Assembly: GCA_964016885.1 (NCBI GenBank)
Contig: OZ024757.1
Coordinates: forward strand, 15,500,001-15,564,000
Length of the DNA: 64,000 nucleotides
Direction of reading: 5' to 3'
Source: Eledone cirrhosa
Lineage: Eukaryota
Below the pieces are notes generated by a model, which saw only the letters and a list, made by a program, of their open reading frames with translations, had not been told where the DNA came from and made no database searches. Below are positions 1-11,779 of the stretch, piece after piece; position 1 is the first letter of the stretch, and each line of letters starts with the position of its first letter. A program made the translations under genes and the position numbers.

Positions 1-309
1 TAACAAAACGATTTTTTTTTCTTTCAGATATCTCCTGCTAAATCACCACAGGCTATTATGAGTTAATAGCTTCTTTCTAATGTGATGCTTTTAGTTATAA
101 TCAATAAGTTCAATAATATAGAATTTTGAAAACATCAAACAAAACCAAATATGTTGCCCATCCTATTATAAAGAAACAAAAATGACAGCCAGAAAATTAG
201 ACTCTGCTATATGATGAGTAATGCATATAAAATTGACTGCAGGATAAAACAAACGAATGAACAAGTATGTATATGAGGCTATGTAATAAAAGATATATCA
301 TATATGGAT

Positions 310-980
310 AATAGGTTCTACTTTTGGCACAAAGCCAGCAATTTGAAAGTGGAGGGTGGGGTGGGTGGGTGGATTGATTAAATAATAATAATGATTTCTA
401 TTATAGGCACAAGGCCAGCAATTTGGGGAAGGGAAAAGTCGATTAAATTGACCCTAGTGAAGCACTGGTGCTTATTTTACCGATCCCAGTGCATGACTGG
501 TACTTAATCGACCCCATAAAGATGAAAGCCAAAGCTAACCCCAGCGGAATTTGAACTCAGAACGTAAAGGGTCGTAACTCTATGCCAATCCAATACTACT
601 ACTACTACTACTACTAATAATAATAATAGTAATGTTAATGTTTTCTGATTTTTAGACAGAAGGCCAACTAGTTTGAGGGAGGGGAAAGTCAATTAAATTG
701 ACCTCAGTACATTACTGGTACTTTATTTCATTGACTCCGTGAGGATGAACGGCAAAGCTAACCTCGGCAGGATTCGAACAAAGAACATAAAGGGCCGTAA
801 CTCTATGATGCAACAACTACTACAACTAATAATGTCTTCTGACTTTTAGACAGAAGGCCAACCATTTAAATGCAGGGGAATGTCAATTAAATTGACCCCA
901 GTACGTTGCTGGTACTTTATTTTATTAACCCCCATAAGAATGAACAGCAAAGCTAACCTCGACAGGATTTGAACTCAGAG
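310..980 (-). mobile_element. Cluster of 3-4 tandem or truncated tRNA-derived SINE copies (Meta/MESC-like central domain)
   Basis: Repeated GGCACAAGGCCAGCAATT...GGTACTTTATTTTATCGACCCC...GATGAAAGGCAAAGCTAACCTCGGCAGGATTTGAACTCAG. The minus strand gives a B box (GAGTTCAAATCC), and copies end in (TAC)n/(TAA)n tails. Confidence 0.75.
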
Positions 981-1223
981 TAAACGACCGGCCATTGGCT
1001 GATGTGAGGAAGGAATGAAGCAACCAACATTTGACAGCCATTGACAGACAGTTTCTACTTCATAGCAGTGAACTAGGCTAGAAATCAATGGTTGCCTGGT
1101 GACATGTGCTGGCTACATTCACAGCATCAAAGATCACCAGTGTAAACACATGTTAGTAGTGGAGTGCCCTACTACTACTACTACTACTACTTCTAGCTTT
1201 GCAAAGTTGTGTGTGTATGTGTA

Positions 1224-1255
<32 letters not shown>

Positions 1256-1265
1256 CACTCATTCA

Positions 1266-1318
1266 GAGTTTCCTGATGATTTCTAAAGAATGAAACAGTT
1301 TTAGTCCTGTAGAATCTC
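1266..1318 (+). ncRNA. Type I hammerhead ribozyme motif (family H1)
   Basis: Stem I GAGTTTC/GAATCTC, core CTGATGA, stem II TTC-TAAA-GAA, GAAAC, stem III ACAG/CTGT, GUA cleavage triplet at 1309-1311. Confidence 0.7.
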
Positions 1319-1671
1319 ATCTATATTAAAACTTGTATACTCTGCTATGTATTGACTACCTTACTTACTGTGGTTACCTCCGATTCAACCCAGAATAACG
1401 TATATATATATATATATACCCGGAATTACTTCATATATATATATATACTCTTTTACTCTTTTACCTGTTTCAGCCATCCGGCTGAGGCCATGCTGGGGCA
1501 CCGCATGATATATAAATAAATATCATCTTCATCATTTTACGTCCGCTTTTCCCTGCTTGCATACATATATAAACAGACACATATATTCATATACAAACAC
1601 ATGCATACACATATATATAATATATATACACATATATACACATATATATATATATATATAATATATATATA

Positions 1672-1988
1672 TCATCATCATGATCATCGTTTAACGTCCA
1701 TCTTCCACACTAGCATGGGTTAGACGATTTTGTTCCATTTGATGCGGGAATGGTCGGGAGACCATGTCTCGCTCGCACAGATGCATCTCTGGCAGGTTTT
1801 CTTTACAGCTGGATGCCCTTCCTAACACCAACCACATTTACAGTGTGGACTGGGAGCTTTTTTCCTGTCTCCTACACGACCACATTACAGTGTGGACTGT
1901 TGTGTCTCATCGACACAGTGGACACAATGGGAGAGGGAGGATGGGGTAGGGTGTGGCGGTGGGGTGTATATTGAGTTAAGAGGTGCCT
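1672..1988 (-). mobile_element. 3' UTR fragment of RTE subfamily A (V-domain-like module plus RTE tail)
   Basis: (CAT)n-CGTTTAACGTCCATCTTCCACACTAGCATGGGTTAGACG...CTGGATGCCCTTCCTAACACCAACC; matches the 3' UTR at 54560-54987. Confidence 0.75.
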
Positions 1989-2109
1989 ATATATATATAT
2001 TTATATATATATATGTGTGTCTGTGTGTGTGTATGTGTATATGATATATATATCAATACATACATATATAAACACATATATTACACCCACATACATATAC
2101 ACGCACATA

Positions 2110-2300
2110 TATATTTGTTTAGTATTGACTATTGTGTGAATGAGTAATCAATACCATGGTAGAGGTCAATATATTCTTTAGTAAGGCGAAGCCAGAATTA
2201 TTTTACTATCGAGTTTCTGTGTACTCACAGTGTAGTCTGTATTTGTAGGTCATCTGATGAACCTGTGAATACATAGGAGAAACTCCTGGCAACAGGACAT
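2110..2300 (+). mobile_element. (TA)n-associated short element ending in a hammerhead-like core; inverted partial copy at 4974-5108
   Basis: 2110-2242 is the reverse complement of 4974-5108. It is followed by CTGATGA-A-CCTGTG(AATA)CATAGG-A-GAAAC-TCCTG(GCAA)CAGGA at 2254-2297; the cleavage triplet and stem I are degenerate. Confidence 0.55.
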
Positions 2301-2315
2301 CAACTAGGCCTTTGT

Positions 2316-2650
2316 CAAAAGGACTGTATCACAAAAACTGCACAGAAAAGACTGTATCACAAAAACTGCATCAAAAAGATGGTATCCCGAAAACTGCATC
2401 GAAAAGATGGTATCCCGAAAACTGCATCGAAAAGACTATATCATGAAAACTGCATCTAAAACACTGTATCACAAAAACTGCATCAAAAAGACTATCACAA
2501 AAACTGCATCAAAAGACTGTATCAAAAGACTGTATCACAAAGATTGCATCAATAAAACTGCATGGAAACATTGAATCACAAAACTACTTCACAAAACTGC
2601 ATTACGAAAACTGTATCAAAAAGGTTGTATCACAAAAACTGTTGTATCAC
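2316..2650. repeat. Minisatellite, ~27-bp unit AAAAGACTGTATCACAAAAACTGCATC
   Basis: About a dozen diverging tandem copies. Confidence 0.85.
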
Positions 2651-3537
2651 TTAGTCCCTGTCAAAGTTCCACTGAAGTCTAAAGTCTGTCTCGAGCCTGG
2701 AATCTCATCAGGCTGGTCCTTATCCACATTTGCATGGTATGAAGCAACTGAGAGTACAAGACTCCCCCATGGACAGGAAACGAATCAACACAGGATTAAA
2801 CCCTCAGCTATTACTGGTATGGAGCAATGTAAAATGAAGTGTTTTGCTCAAAAGCACAACACACAACCCAGTCGAGGAATCAAACACACAACATAATCAT
2901 AATCAACACCCATACTTCTAGGCCACACACCCTCCTGCTTGGCCTTACTAAAGAATATCTGTATATATATATTTATATACATACACACACAGTCAGTCAT
3001 AGAAAGCATGTCAAACAAAGAGTTGGGAGGACATTTTAGTTGTGTCAAGAGACACGACAACCTCCAGAGTTTTGTGATCTACCTGATAAAAGGATCCAGC
3101 TGTAGAAAGTTTGCCATAGAGGGGCTTGGGAGGATCCTTGTGTTTGTATCAAGAGATTACGACAACCTCTCTGCACTCGATAGAACGTATGACCATACAT
3201 AAGCAAGATATAGACCCCTCAGCCTCATCATGTAATCAGAGCCTCATTATTATTGAGTGGATTGGCAGTATCGGTAGAGCGTCAGACAATATGCTTTGCA
3301 GTATATAGTTACGGTTCTTTACTTTCTGAGTTCAAATCCCGGTGAGGTTAATTTTGCCTTTCACTCTTACAGGGTGGATAAAATAAAGTACCAGCAATGC
3401 ATATATGTATATGAATGTATATATATATGTATATTTATGTAAACGGAAAAAATGAAACGATATTTCATTTCCCACTCTTAGTACGGCTGTTACATACTTA
3501 TATATTTATGTATATATACATGTATATATGTGTGTGC

Positions 3538-3614
<77 letters not shown>

Positions 3615-3616
<2 letters not shown>

Positions 3617-3956
3617 CACATGCTTAGTGGTTAGAGCATTGGCCTTGCAATCAAAAGGTTGTGAGTTCAATTCTCAGACCGGGTGATATGTTGTTTCCTT
3701 GAGCAAGGCACTTTATTTCACATTGCTCCAGTTTACTCAGCTGTAGAAATGAGATGATAGGGACTGGGGTCCATATCATTCCACTGCAAAGTGGTCGTGG
3801 AGGTGCCACGGCAAAAAAGCACCCACCACTCACTGTAAATGAGGTTGGTGTTAGGAAGGGCATCCAGCTGTAGAAATCAAGCCAGCATCAGTTTCCGTCC
3901 CACCCTTGCAAGCAGGGAAAAAAGCGGACGTAAAATGAAATGAAATGATGAATGAT
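3615..3956 (+). mobile_element. Young chimeric SINE (tRNA head + CORE-like + V-like + RTE tail), copy 1
   Basis: A box GCTTAGTGGTTAGAGC, B box GAGTTCAATTC, CORE-like CCTTGAGCAAGGCACTTTATTTCACATTGCTCCAGTTTACTCAGCTGTAGAAATGAG, AGGAAGGGCATCCAGCTGTAG, tail GGACGTAAAATGA. Confidence 0.85.
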
Positions 3957-4154
3957 ATATATGATGATATATATAGATGATGATGATGATGATGATGATA
4001 TATATATATGATGATGATGATGCACATACATACATACAGTGTACGCCAAGCATTCGCGGTACCAGCATAATAATAATTGTTCATGGAAACCAACGCATAT
4101 TCGCAGAATCATAAATATCTTCCGTGGGTTTTTTATGACATTTTTCATGGCAAT

Positions 4155-4733
4155 ATCATCATCACCGTTTTACGTCCGTTCTTCCATGCTAGCATGGGTT
4201 AGACGGGTTGTCCTGTTGTGGGCAGTGCCCGGTCGGCCGACTTTGTCTTACTTATACGGAAACTGATTTTGACTTGATTTCTACAGCTAGATGCCCTTCC
4301 TAACACCAACCTCATTTAGTGGTGGGTGCTTTTTTCCGTGGCGCCTACAGGTCCACTTTATAGTGCGGGCTGGTCCACTTTATAGTCGGCCGACCTTGTC
4401 TTACTCATACGGAAACTGATTTTGACTTGATTTCTACAGCTAGATGACCTTCCTAACACCAACCTCACTGGAGTGTTGGGTGCTTTTTTCCGTGGCGCCT
4501 ACACGTCCACTTTATAGTGCGGGCTGGGTGCTTTTTTTGCCACCATGGCACCTCCACGGCCACTTTGCAGTGGGAGGGTGTGGGGGCATATTGTCTATAA
4601 GGTTCAGCTTCGGCTTGTACTCATGGGAGGTCGGATACTCCGTATTACTGAGTGACGCCAGAGGTCACGGTCGTGTGTCATCGCCTTTGAGAGGTGTAAT
4701 TGGGTAATGTCGGCTTTTATCACCTCATCCCAT
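4155..4733 (-). mobile_element. RTE LINE subfamily B, 5'-truncated 3' end with an internal duplication in the 3' UTR
   Basis: Minus strand encodes WDEVIKADITQLHLSKAMTHDRDLWRHSVIRSIRPP. Homologous to 12711-13186. The V-like module is duplicated (~4232-4500). Confidence 0.75.
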
Positions 4734-5383
4734 AGATATAATTTTTAACACTAAATTATTAATAACAATATACTGTCTTTATCGGCCTACTGGATGGCCC
4801 TTCGCATAAAATGCTCCCTTTTTTAAAAATTATATTTTACGTTAGATTTTAACATTTATAGGCATTTTTATGGACCACATCCAATATTTATGGTTTTACA
4901 ATCTTTGAGGGTGCTCTATGAATATGATCCCTGTGACAACTGGGAGACAACTGTGTGTATATATATATATATCATACAGACAACACTGTGAGTACACAGG
5001 AGAAGCTTGTTAATAAAATGATTCAGGCTTCGCCTTACTAAAGAATGTATTGACCTCTACCATGGTATTGATTATTCATTCTCACAACAATCAATACTAA
5101 ACAAATATATATGTGTGTGTATGTGTGCATGTGAGTGTGTGTGCGCATGTGTATATATGTATGTGTGTGTGCATATATATATATATGTGTGTATATATAT
5201 ATATGTATGTGTGTGCATATATATATATGTGTGTATGTATTTATGTATATATATATGTGTGTATATATATATATATAGGTTATTTTGTTGATTACTGTTG
5301 GTGGCACCAGTGTGAACACTCAATGCTGCAGCAGAGAGTATATATGATATAACGAAGATGTAAATGTTTTGATTGAGTCCACA

Positions 5384-5451
5384 CATCTGAGGAGCTGACC
5401 AATCACATTGATGAAGATTTCAAGCCAATCATCTGCGAATCATATGTAATG
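5384..5451 (+). ncRNA. Degenerate minimal hammerhead-like motif
   Basis: CAT-CTGAGGA-GC...GC-GAAT-CATATG-TA-ATG: palindromic loop III and a short stem I, but GAAA is mutated to GAAT. Confidence 0.4.
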
Positions 5452-5516
5452 GTCAATATACAATAAAAATAAAAATATTTTAAAGTGAAATCTCGTTTTA
5501 TCATATATATATATAT

Positions 5517-6779
5517 ATCATCATCATCGTTTAACGTCCATATTCCATGCTTGCATGGGTTTGGACGGGAGTTTTCCCACTTGAGGCAAGAGTGGTTGTC
5601 TTGCTCACATAGGACTGTCTGGCGGGTTTTCTACAGCTGGATGCCCTTCCTAACACCAACCACATTTACAGTGTGGGGCTGGGAGGTTTTTACCGTGTTA
5701 CCTACACGGCCACATTACAGTGTGGACTGTGTGTTTTTTTGTCGTGACAACTACATTTGTTTCGGGCTGGATGTTGTGGTACCAACATAACTTTACATTG
5801 AAAGGGGTGGTGTGGATGGGGTGGGGTAGTAGGATGGGGGTGTATTTTGTTAGAGGTGCCTACTGACTGTAGTAGGTTTCACTTTGTACTTAGGTAAGGC
5901 GGGTCTTCTCTATTAGTGTGTAGCGCCAAAGATCTCGGTCCAGTGACATTGTCTTGGAGAGGTGTAAGTGTGTGAGGTCGGAATTTAGCAAGTCGTCCCA
6001 GGTTTTTCTGGGTCTGCCTACTCCGTGGCTACCGTCTATTTTTATTGCCCTGCACTTTTTTATACATACGTCTTTCATGCGCATCACGTGACCATACCAA
6101 CGTAGCCTTCTCTCGAGTAAACAACATCTGATCCCTCTTATTTCTAATTTTTCCCTTAGTTCGTTTATGCTTTGCCGTTCACGTATATTACTATTACACA
6201 TCCAGCGGAGCATGCAAGGTTCGTTCCTCTCCAGTCTGCGTATATCCTCTGCACACAATGCCCAGGTCTCACTGCCATGCAACATTGCTGTTCGTATGCA
6301 GGCATCATACAGCCTGCCTTTCATTTTTAGGGAGAATTCTTTAGCGGCTTATAGTGGTATAAGCTCTCTGAACTTTTTCCACCCAGTTCTGACTCTAGCT
6401 ACTGTACTTTCAGAGCACCCTCCCCCACTGCTGATTTTGTCACCCAGGTAACGGAAGCTGTCCACTATTTCTATAGAACCATCTGTGCAATGGAATGAGC
6501 TAGTATTCTGTGGGCACTTGCTGCTACTTATTGCACCAGAGCACCGGCCACATATAAAATTATGTTCTTAGTTAGCTTACCTGTGATCCCACTACATCTT
6601 TTATGCACCCATACTTTGCATTTGGGACATAAAATGGAGTTTCTACCTACTCCTTTCCTACACACTGAGCATGGCCATTTACCGGATGGGACCGGCGCCC
6701 TATTTTCCTTCCTACAAACTAGAACTTTAGTCTTAGACAGGATAATTTTAAGGCCTTTTGATTCTAGGCCATGCTTCCA
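5517..6779 (-). mobile_element. RTE-clade LINE subfamily A, 5'-truncated and frameshifted ORF end plus 3' UTR
   Basis: ORF pieces GLESKGLKI.LSKTKVL, WPCSVCRKGVGRNSILCPKCKVWVHKRCSG, SFRYLG and LHGSETW...RRLRWYGHVMR...GRPRKTW...DRDLWR; (GAT)n tail; flanked by (TA)n. Confidence 0.9.
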
Positions 6780-6860
6780 TATATATATATATATATATAT
6801 ATATCTATTAAAATCCTTATCGAGCCCTCTTTGGATTTTAGTCTTCAAATTTATTATTAT

Positions 6861-6914
<54 letters not shown>

Positions 6915-7042
6915 CCTAGACTGATATGTTACACATCAATGAAACATGTGTCAGCAGTGTTATGCAATAAATGTTATCCTTCCTCTTCTGGATTGTGGTG
7001 TTTTAAATAATAATTTTGTAAATTTCTATATATACTCTGTAG

Positions 7043-7123
7043 ATTGTTACACCTGGAACCTATAGTGGAACTACCGCAGAATTTACCAAATGAAATAATT
7101 CAACCGTTGAGTAAAACACTACT
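7043..7123 (+). other. Candidate 81-nt internal coding exon of an unidentified host gene
   Basis: Acceptor TACTCTGTAG| and donor ACT|GTAAGT; length divisible by 3; open frame LLHLEPIVELPQNLPNEIIQPLSKTL. No recognisable homology. Confidence 0.3.
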
Positions 7124-7199
7124 GTAAGTGGCTTCTGATTCTTGTTACATAATCAAATTAATTGATTACACTAACGGAAACAGAATAATGCTCTAATTT

Positions 7200-7244
<45 letters not shown>

Positions 7245-7250
7245 ATATAT

Positions 7251-7348
7251 ATAGGAACAAGTATGTTCCTATCACCTACTCTACTACCCTAAGTATTGAG
7301 TACTTTGGTGCGTTATGGTCCATCTGGTTCCTTACCATATTTCCTTTG

Positions 7349-7350
<2 letters not shown>
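7251..7350 (+). mobile_element. Snap-back element family F1, short-hairpin copy
   Basis: Hairpin ATAGGAACA-AGTA-TGTTCCTAT followed by the conserved body CTCTACTACCCTAAGTATTGAGTACTTTGGTGCGTTATGGTCCATCTGGTTCCTTACC; (TA)n on both sides. Confidence 0.75.
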
Positions 7351-7388
<38 letters not shown>

Positions 7389-7611
7389 GCAACTAGATGT
7401 AAATATATATATATATATAACGTGGGTAATAATAAATATTACCCAATTACAAGTATGAAAACAGCTGAATGAAAAATAAATATACTACAGAGCCAAAATA
7501 TAATACACTTTGATTGTCATTGTCATTTATATTGTATATATGTGTGTGTATAGATATTTTTTTTCAATTCCATCCCGCCCGTCCCCTCAATCTATTTTAT
7601 TTCTCATTCTT

Positions 7612-7647
7612 TCTTCTGATGAAGGAATAGCGTCCGAAACGTTAAGA
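7612..7647 (+). ncRNA. Minimal hammerhead motif (family H2)
   Basis: TCTT-CTGATGA-A-GGA(ATAGCG)TCC-GAAACGTT-AAGA with a palindromic AACGTT stem III. The downstream ~90 nt is shared with 9169-9290 and 38330-38454. Confidence 0.65.
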
Positions 7648-7969
7648 CCCTCTTTCTGCTATATCAAGCGTTAACCTAATATATACCTTCCATATACTGT
7701 ACCGATTGTGTTGTTATTTCTGTTTACCTTTTACATACATATATATATATATATAATAAGTAAGTACACTCACGTGCGTTACATGATACGTCGGTATGGC
7801 GAGCCGCTAACGGTGACAAGAACTTCGTTATCAGCGAATCAGCTCCCCCAAATGTGTCGAACGTCACAGTCAAGAAAAAATAGATTGCCGATAATTCCTG
7901 GTATTTTAGAATTTTATTTCACCAGATTCAAATCACTACCTCGAAGCTGCCGGACTGAACTTCTAGTTC

Positions 7970-8137
7970 TAATAATTGTTTCTATTTTAGGCACAGGGCC
8001 AGCAATTACCCAGTACATTACTGGTACTTTATTTTATCGACCTCGTAAGGATGAAAGGCAAAGTTAACCTCGGCGGGATTTGAACTCAATGCTTCAAAGC
8101 ATGGTGTCCGACTCTCTACCGATACTGCCAATCCACA
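7970..8137 (-). mobile_element. tRNA-derived Meta-like SINE
   Basis: GGCACAGGGCCAGCAATTACCCAGTACATTACTGGTACTTTATTTTATCGACCTCGTAAGGATGAAAGGCAAAGTTAACCTCGGCGGGATTTGAACTC. Further copies at ~3255-3395(+), 15890-16060, 16500-16650, 16880-17075, 25190-25385(+), 37755-37868, 41370-41510(+), 46135-46238, 52470-52770(+) and 53935-54030. Confidence 0.75.
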
Positions 8138-8175
8138 ATAGTAATTAGCAAAAGATATATACTTTATATCATCTC

Positions 8176-8252
8176 TATTTTATTATATATATTTTCGAGG
8201 ATGTAAAGTTTTATGTATAAGAAAGCAAAACATGTCTTCTTCAGACAAAATA
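8176..8252 (-). ncRNA. Hammerhead-like motif (family H3b)
   Basis: Minus strand TATTTTGT-CTGAAGA-...-GAAA-ATATATA-TA-ATAAAATA with an 8-bp stem I. Paralog at 11085-11159. Confidence 0.55.
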
Positions 8253-8422
8253 CATATGAGATGCAGAATTTTTCATGATATGCTGGTAGATAAACAAGTT
8301 GGACAGATCGGTGATTACCAAGCATATGACTAGAAAAAAACTCACCATATAGGGGCTTACGTGACTAGGATTATAAATCAACTAACTCTTTTTTCATTGA
8401 TTTATATATATATATATATATA

Positions 8423-8758
8423 TGAACAACCCAGCATGGATGTGTTGAGAGATAAACTGTGTGTGAGAGGGATAGAATGTAGTGTGCGAGAGAGGAGACT
8501 GCGGTGGTATGGACATGTGATGTGCATGGTGGATGACCGATGGGTGAAGAAGTGCCAGGAAATGCCAGTTGAAGGAAGACGTGGTAGAGGTAGACCACGA
8601 AAAACATGGGCGGAGGTGGTGAGAACAGATCTCAGATTGCTGAAGCTCACGGTGGAGATGATGAAGGACCGTGACAAGTGGAGAGATGTTGTGCTGAATA
8701 AGACCCGTCCCACCCTTGCAAGCAGGGAAGAGCGGACGTAAAATGATGATGATGAAGA
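8423..8758 (+). mobile_element. RTE LINE subfamily C, 5'-truncated 3' end
   Basis: Encodes RERRLRWYGHVMCM...GRRGRGRPRKTW...DRDKWRDVVLNKTRPTLASREERT*, then (GAT)n; inserted in (TA)n. Confidence 0.9.
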
Positions 8759-9168
8759 TATATATATGAACTGTTTATTACCTATTTTGGTGTGGACTAT
8801 AAAATTATATTGAGCTTTAAAATAGTTTTACCTTTATATGGTTGTATTATCAACTTAATTAAAATTGTTTATATATTGTTCACTGGACTCTCACAAACAT
8901 GTTCACTGGACTTTCAACAACATATTGACCCACCTACATATTTGTGTTAAGACCTGATGATGTCACATAAGTGCAGGTCACTGTTGTAATAAGTATACAA
9001 CAGTTCCGTAAATATAGATATTATAAATATGATTATGTAACTTCTGCCTTAACCTTTATTTCATGCATGATAAATCTATTACATTTGATTGCCACCTCTA
9101 AGTTGAATGAATACAACTGACCCATTTATAAAACTCTTATGGATAAATAAGATAGCAACTAGCAACTA

Positions 9169-9204
9169 TTTTCTGATGAAGGGCTAGTATCCAAAACTTT
9201 AAGA
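9169..9204 (+). ncRNA. Degenerate H2 hammerhead copy
   Basis: CTGATGAAGGGCTAGTATCCAAAACTTTAAGA, homologous to 7612-7647 with GAAAC changed to AAAAC. Confidence 0.45.
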
Positions 9205-9299
9205 CTATTTTCCTACCTTATAAAGTGTAAAACTAACACATTGTACTGTGTCCTTTATTTTGTTATTTCTGTTAACCTGTTGCATATATATATATATAT

Positions 9300-9430
9300 A
9301 TATAATGGAAAACAGGGCCCAGATCTCCTCAGGGAAATGGCCCTGCTTAATATGCAGAAAATGAGTAGGTAGAAATTCCATTCTATGTCCCAAATTCAAG
9401 CAATGGGTACACAATAGATGTAGTAGAATC
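9300..9430 (+). mobile_element. Small RTE fragment (Cys-rich segment)
   Basis: Encodes ENRAQISSGKWPCLICRK*VGRNSILCPKFKQWVHNRCS, homologous to 6590-6720. Confidence 0.7.
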
Positions 9431-9589
9431 AAACTCACAATTTACAATCTCATATAGAAGACTAATCTCTAAACCAACTGCCTTCACAAGACACAAGTGT
9501 ACATATGCTGGTAAGTATACACATACACGCAAACACATGGTCCTCTTCTCAATTACCATCCACCAATTTCTACTCACAAAGAAAACAGG

Positions 9590-10145
9590 GTTGTGAGGAC
9601 TCTTGAGAAAAAAAAAAAAACCTTCCCTAGTGCTGACATCACGATAAGATACACCCAGTATACTCTCTAAAGTGGTTAGTGTTAGGAAGGGCCTCCAATT
9701 GTAGAAACCATTGTAAATAAAGTGTTGAGAAAAATGTTCAGTTGTGTAAAAGACATGGCAATTTTCTTAGAGCTGGTTCCACAATAAAATGTACCCAGTA
9801 CACTCTGTAAAGTGGTTGGCATTAGGAAGGGCAACTACCTGTAAAAACCATGCCAAACAAAAAGATGAGAGAATTCTTCAGTTGTGTAAAGGACATGACA
9901 GCCTCTCTAGCACTAGCACAATGATAAAATATGCCCAGTGCCCTTTGTAAAGATGTTGGTGTTAGGAAAGGCATACAACTGTTAAAACTCTGCCAAAACA
10001 GGAATGTATGTATCTAAGATGTGACCCCTAGACCCCTAGACTATGTAGGAGATCAGTAGCTTTAAGTACTGACAAGGTCTGTAACATACCCCTCCAACCC
10101 ATGTCAGCATGGAAGACTGGACGTTAAATCATGATGATGATGATG
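9590..10145 (+). mobile_element. Old element with three tandem 140-bp V-domain-like units and an RTE-type tail
   Basis: CCCAGT...GTAAAGTGGTTGGxxTTAGGAAGGGC recurs at 9654, 9794 and 9934; ends CCCATGTCAGCATGGAAGACTGGACGTTAAATCATGATGATG. Confidence 0.65.
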
Positions 10146-10569
10146 AAAGTAGCAGACATTGAGAAACTGTGATAGAAGACACTCGCCCAAGATGCCACTC
10201 ACACAGTGAGACAATGAGCTCTATAATAGAGCCATGTGGTTACAAAACATACTTCTAACCAAACAACTATGTCTACATCTACTGCCAACAACAACAACAA
10301 CACAACTGCTAACCACTCTAACAAAATATAAAAAAAATAAAAGATAAAAAAATAAAAATCGAATTTGGCAATGAAAGTGAGAGATGTGTGAAAGTATTGA
10401 ATTATTAAGTTTTTATGTCACATCCCAGAGGAGTGGAATGTCAGTTTGTGGAATGGTTAACAAGACAGTAGTACATATATATATATATATATAACAGGAG
10501 AAATTGTTAGTGGTTTTACTGTTGGATGTAATTAACCTAGCAGGAATTAAAGCCTATATATATATATAC

Positions 10570-10997
10570 ATGTTCAGAGCCATCCTCAGCATTCTCATGT
10601 AGCACCCATCCACCATCTGAGTGAGTATCTTGGTCAGTGTCCAAGTCTCAGACCCGTACAGCACCACAGACGCCACTACAGCAATGAAGAGGCGGATCTT
10701 CAGGTCTTTACAAAGGTCCGACTTCCACACCAATCTCAAGCTGTGGCACGCCGCCTGCCAAAATCAGCTCAAAAGTGACAGAGAGGAGACTGAGGTTAGC
10801 TGGACATGCTCACCGACATCTAGAGTTGGCACTGCACTCAGTGCTCCTGTGGGAGCCCCTGCAAGGACACACTGGAAGAGTTAGACCGAGGTTAACATAT
10901 GTTGATGCCCTAAGGACAGACACTGGTCTCTTGGAAACGCAGGACATGGCAGTGATAATGAGGGACAGAGTCCACTAGAGAGAACTCGTCCATGGAT
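10570..10997 (+). mobile_element. RTE subfamily D insertion with a 5' inversion
   Basis: 10570-10756 is minus strand (AACHSL...LYGSETWTLT...RMALN). ~10758-10997 is plus strand (KISSKVTERRLRLAGHAH...MRDR). Both match 19944-21206. Confidence 0.85.
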
Positions 10998-11084
10998 CTA
11001 GATATATATATACATATATATATACATATATATATATATATGCTGTCTACCAGCATATCGGGAAAAAATTATACATTTTCTATA

Positions 11085-11159
11085 TATTTTGTCTGAGGAG
11101 AACATGTTTTGCTCTGTTATACATAAACTTTGCATCTTAGAAATATATATAATGAAATA
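11085..11159 (+). ncRNA. Hammerhead-like motif (family H3b)
   Basis: TATTTTGT-CTGAGGA-...-GAAA-TATATA-TA-ATGAAATA. The element ~11040-11190 is an inverted paralog of ~8155-8295. Confidence 0.55.
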
Positions 11160-11353
11160 AATAGAGATGATATAAAGTTTATATCTTTCATTTATTACTA
11201 TTATTATATATAAATATATATGTATATGAATTGAAAGGGACAAGGCTGTGTGGTTACTAAGAATGAGTGTTTAGAAAGTAAAGGAAACACAAACATAGAA
11301 ATAGACATTTTCCCTCATCAGTTGTTTGCTGCAGGTCTCAGATATTTTGCCAG

Positions 11354-11384
<31 letters not shown>

Positions 11385-11414
11385 TACTCCCACATATATA
11401 TGTGTATATATAAA

Positions 11415-11459
11415 TTCCTGATGATTTCATACGAATGAAACAGTTTTACTCCTGTAGAA
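11415..11459 (+). ncRNA. Type I hammerhead motif (family H1, copy 2)
   Basis: TTC-CTGATGA-TTTC(ATAC)GAAT-GAAACAG-TTTTACTC-CTGTA-GAA. Differences from 1266-1318 are confined to the loops. Confidence 0.65.
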
Positions 11460-11726
11460 GTCATTTCTATATAAAATTTAAAAAATGCTTATAATCTACC
11501 AGTGTAATGAGTAACTTTTTTTAACTGTGGTTACTCCACAACATAACTTAGGAATCTACACACACACACACACATCACCATCATCATCATTTAACATCCA
11601 TTTTCCACACTAGCATGAGTTAGATCGGTTGTCCCGTTAGAGGCAAGTTGGGGCAGGTGACTGTGTCTCACTCATATAGGACTGTTTCTGCTTAGGTTTC
11701 TATGGCTGGATGCCATTCCTAATGCC

Positions 11727-11775
<49 letters not shown>

Positions 11776-11779
<4 letters not shown>

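Noticed and set aside
6918-6960. Hammerhead-like GAAACATGTGTC
   Set aside because: The core reads CTGATAT and stem I is absent; too degenerate to call.
8950-8982. Hammerhead at CTGATGATGTCAC
   Set aside because: There is no GAAA after the hairpin.
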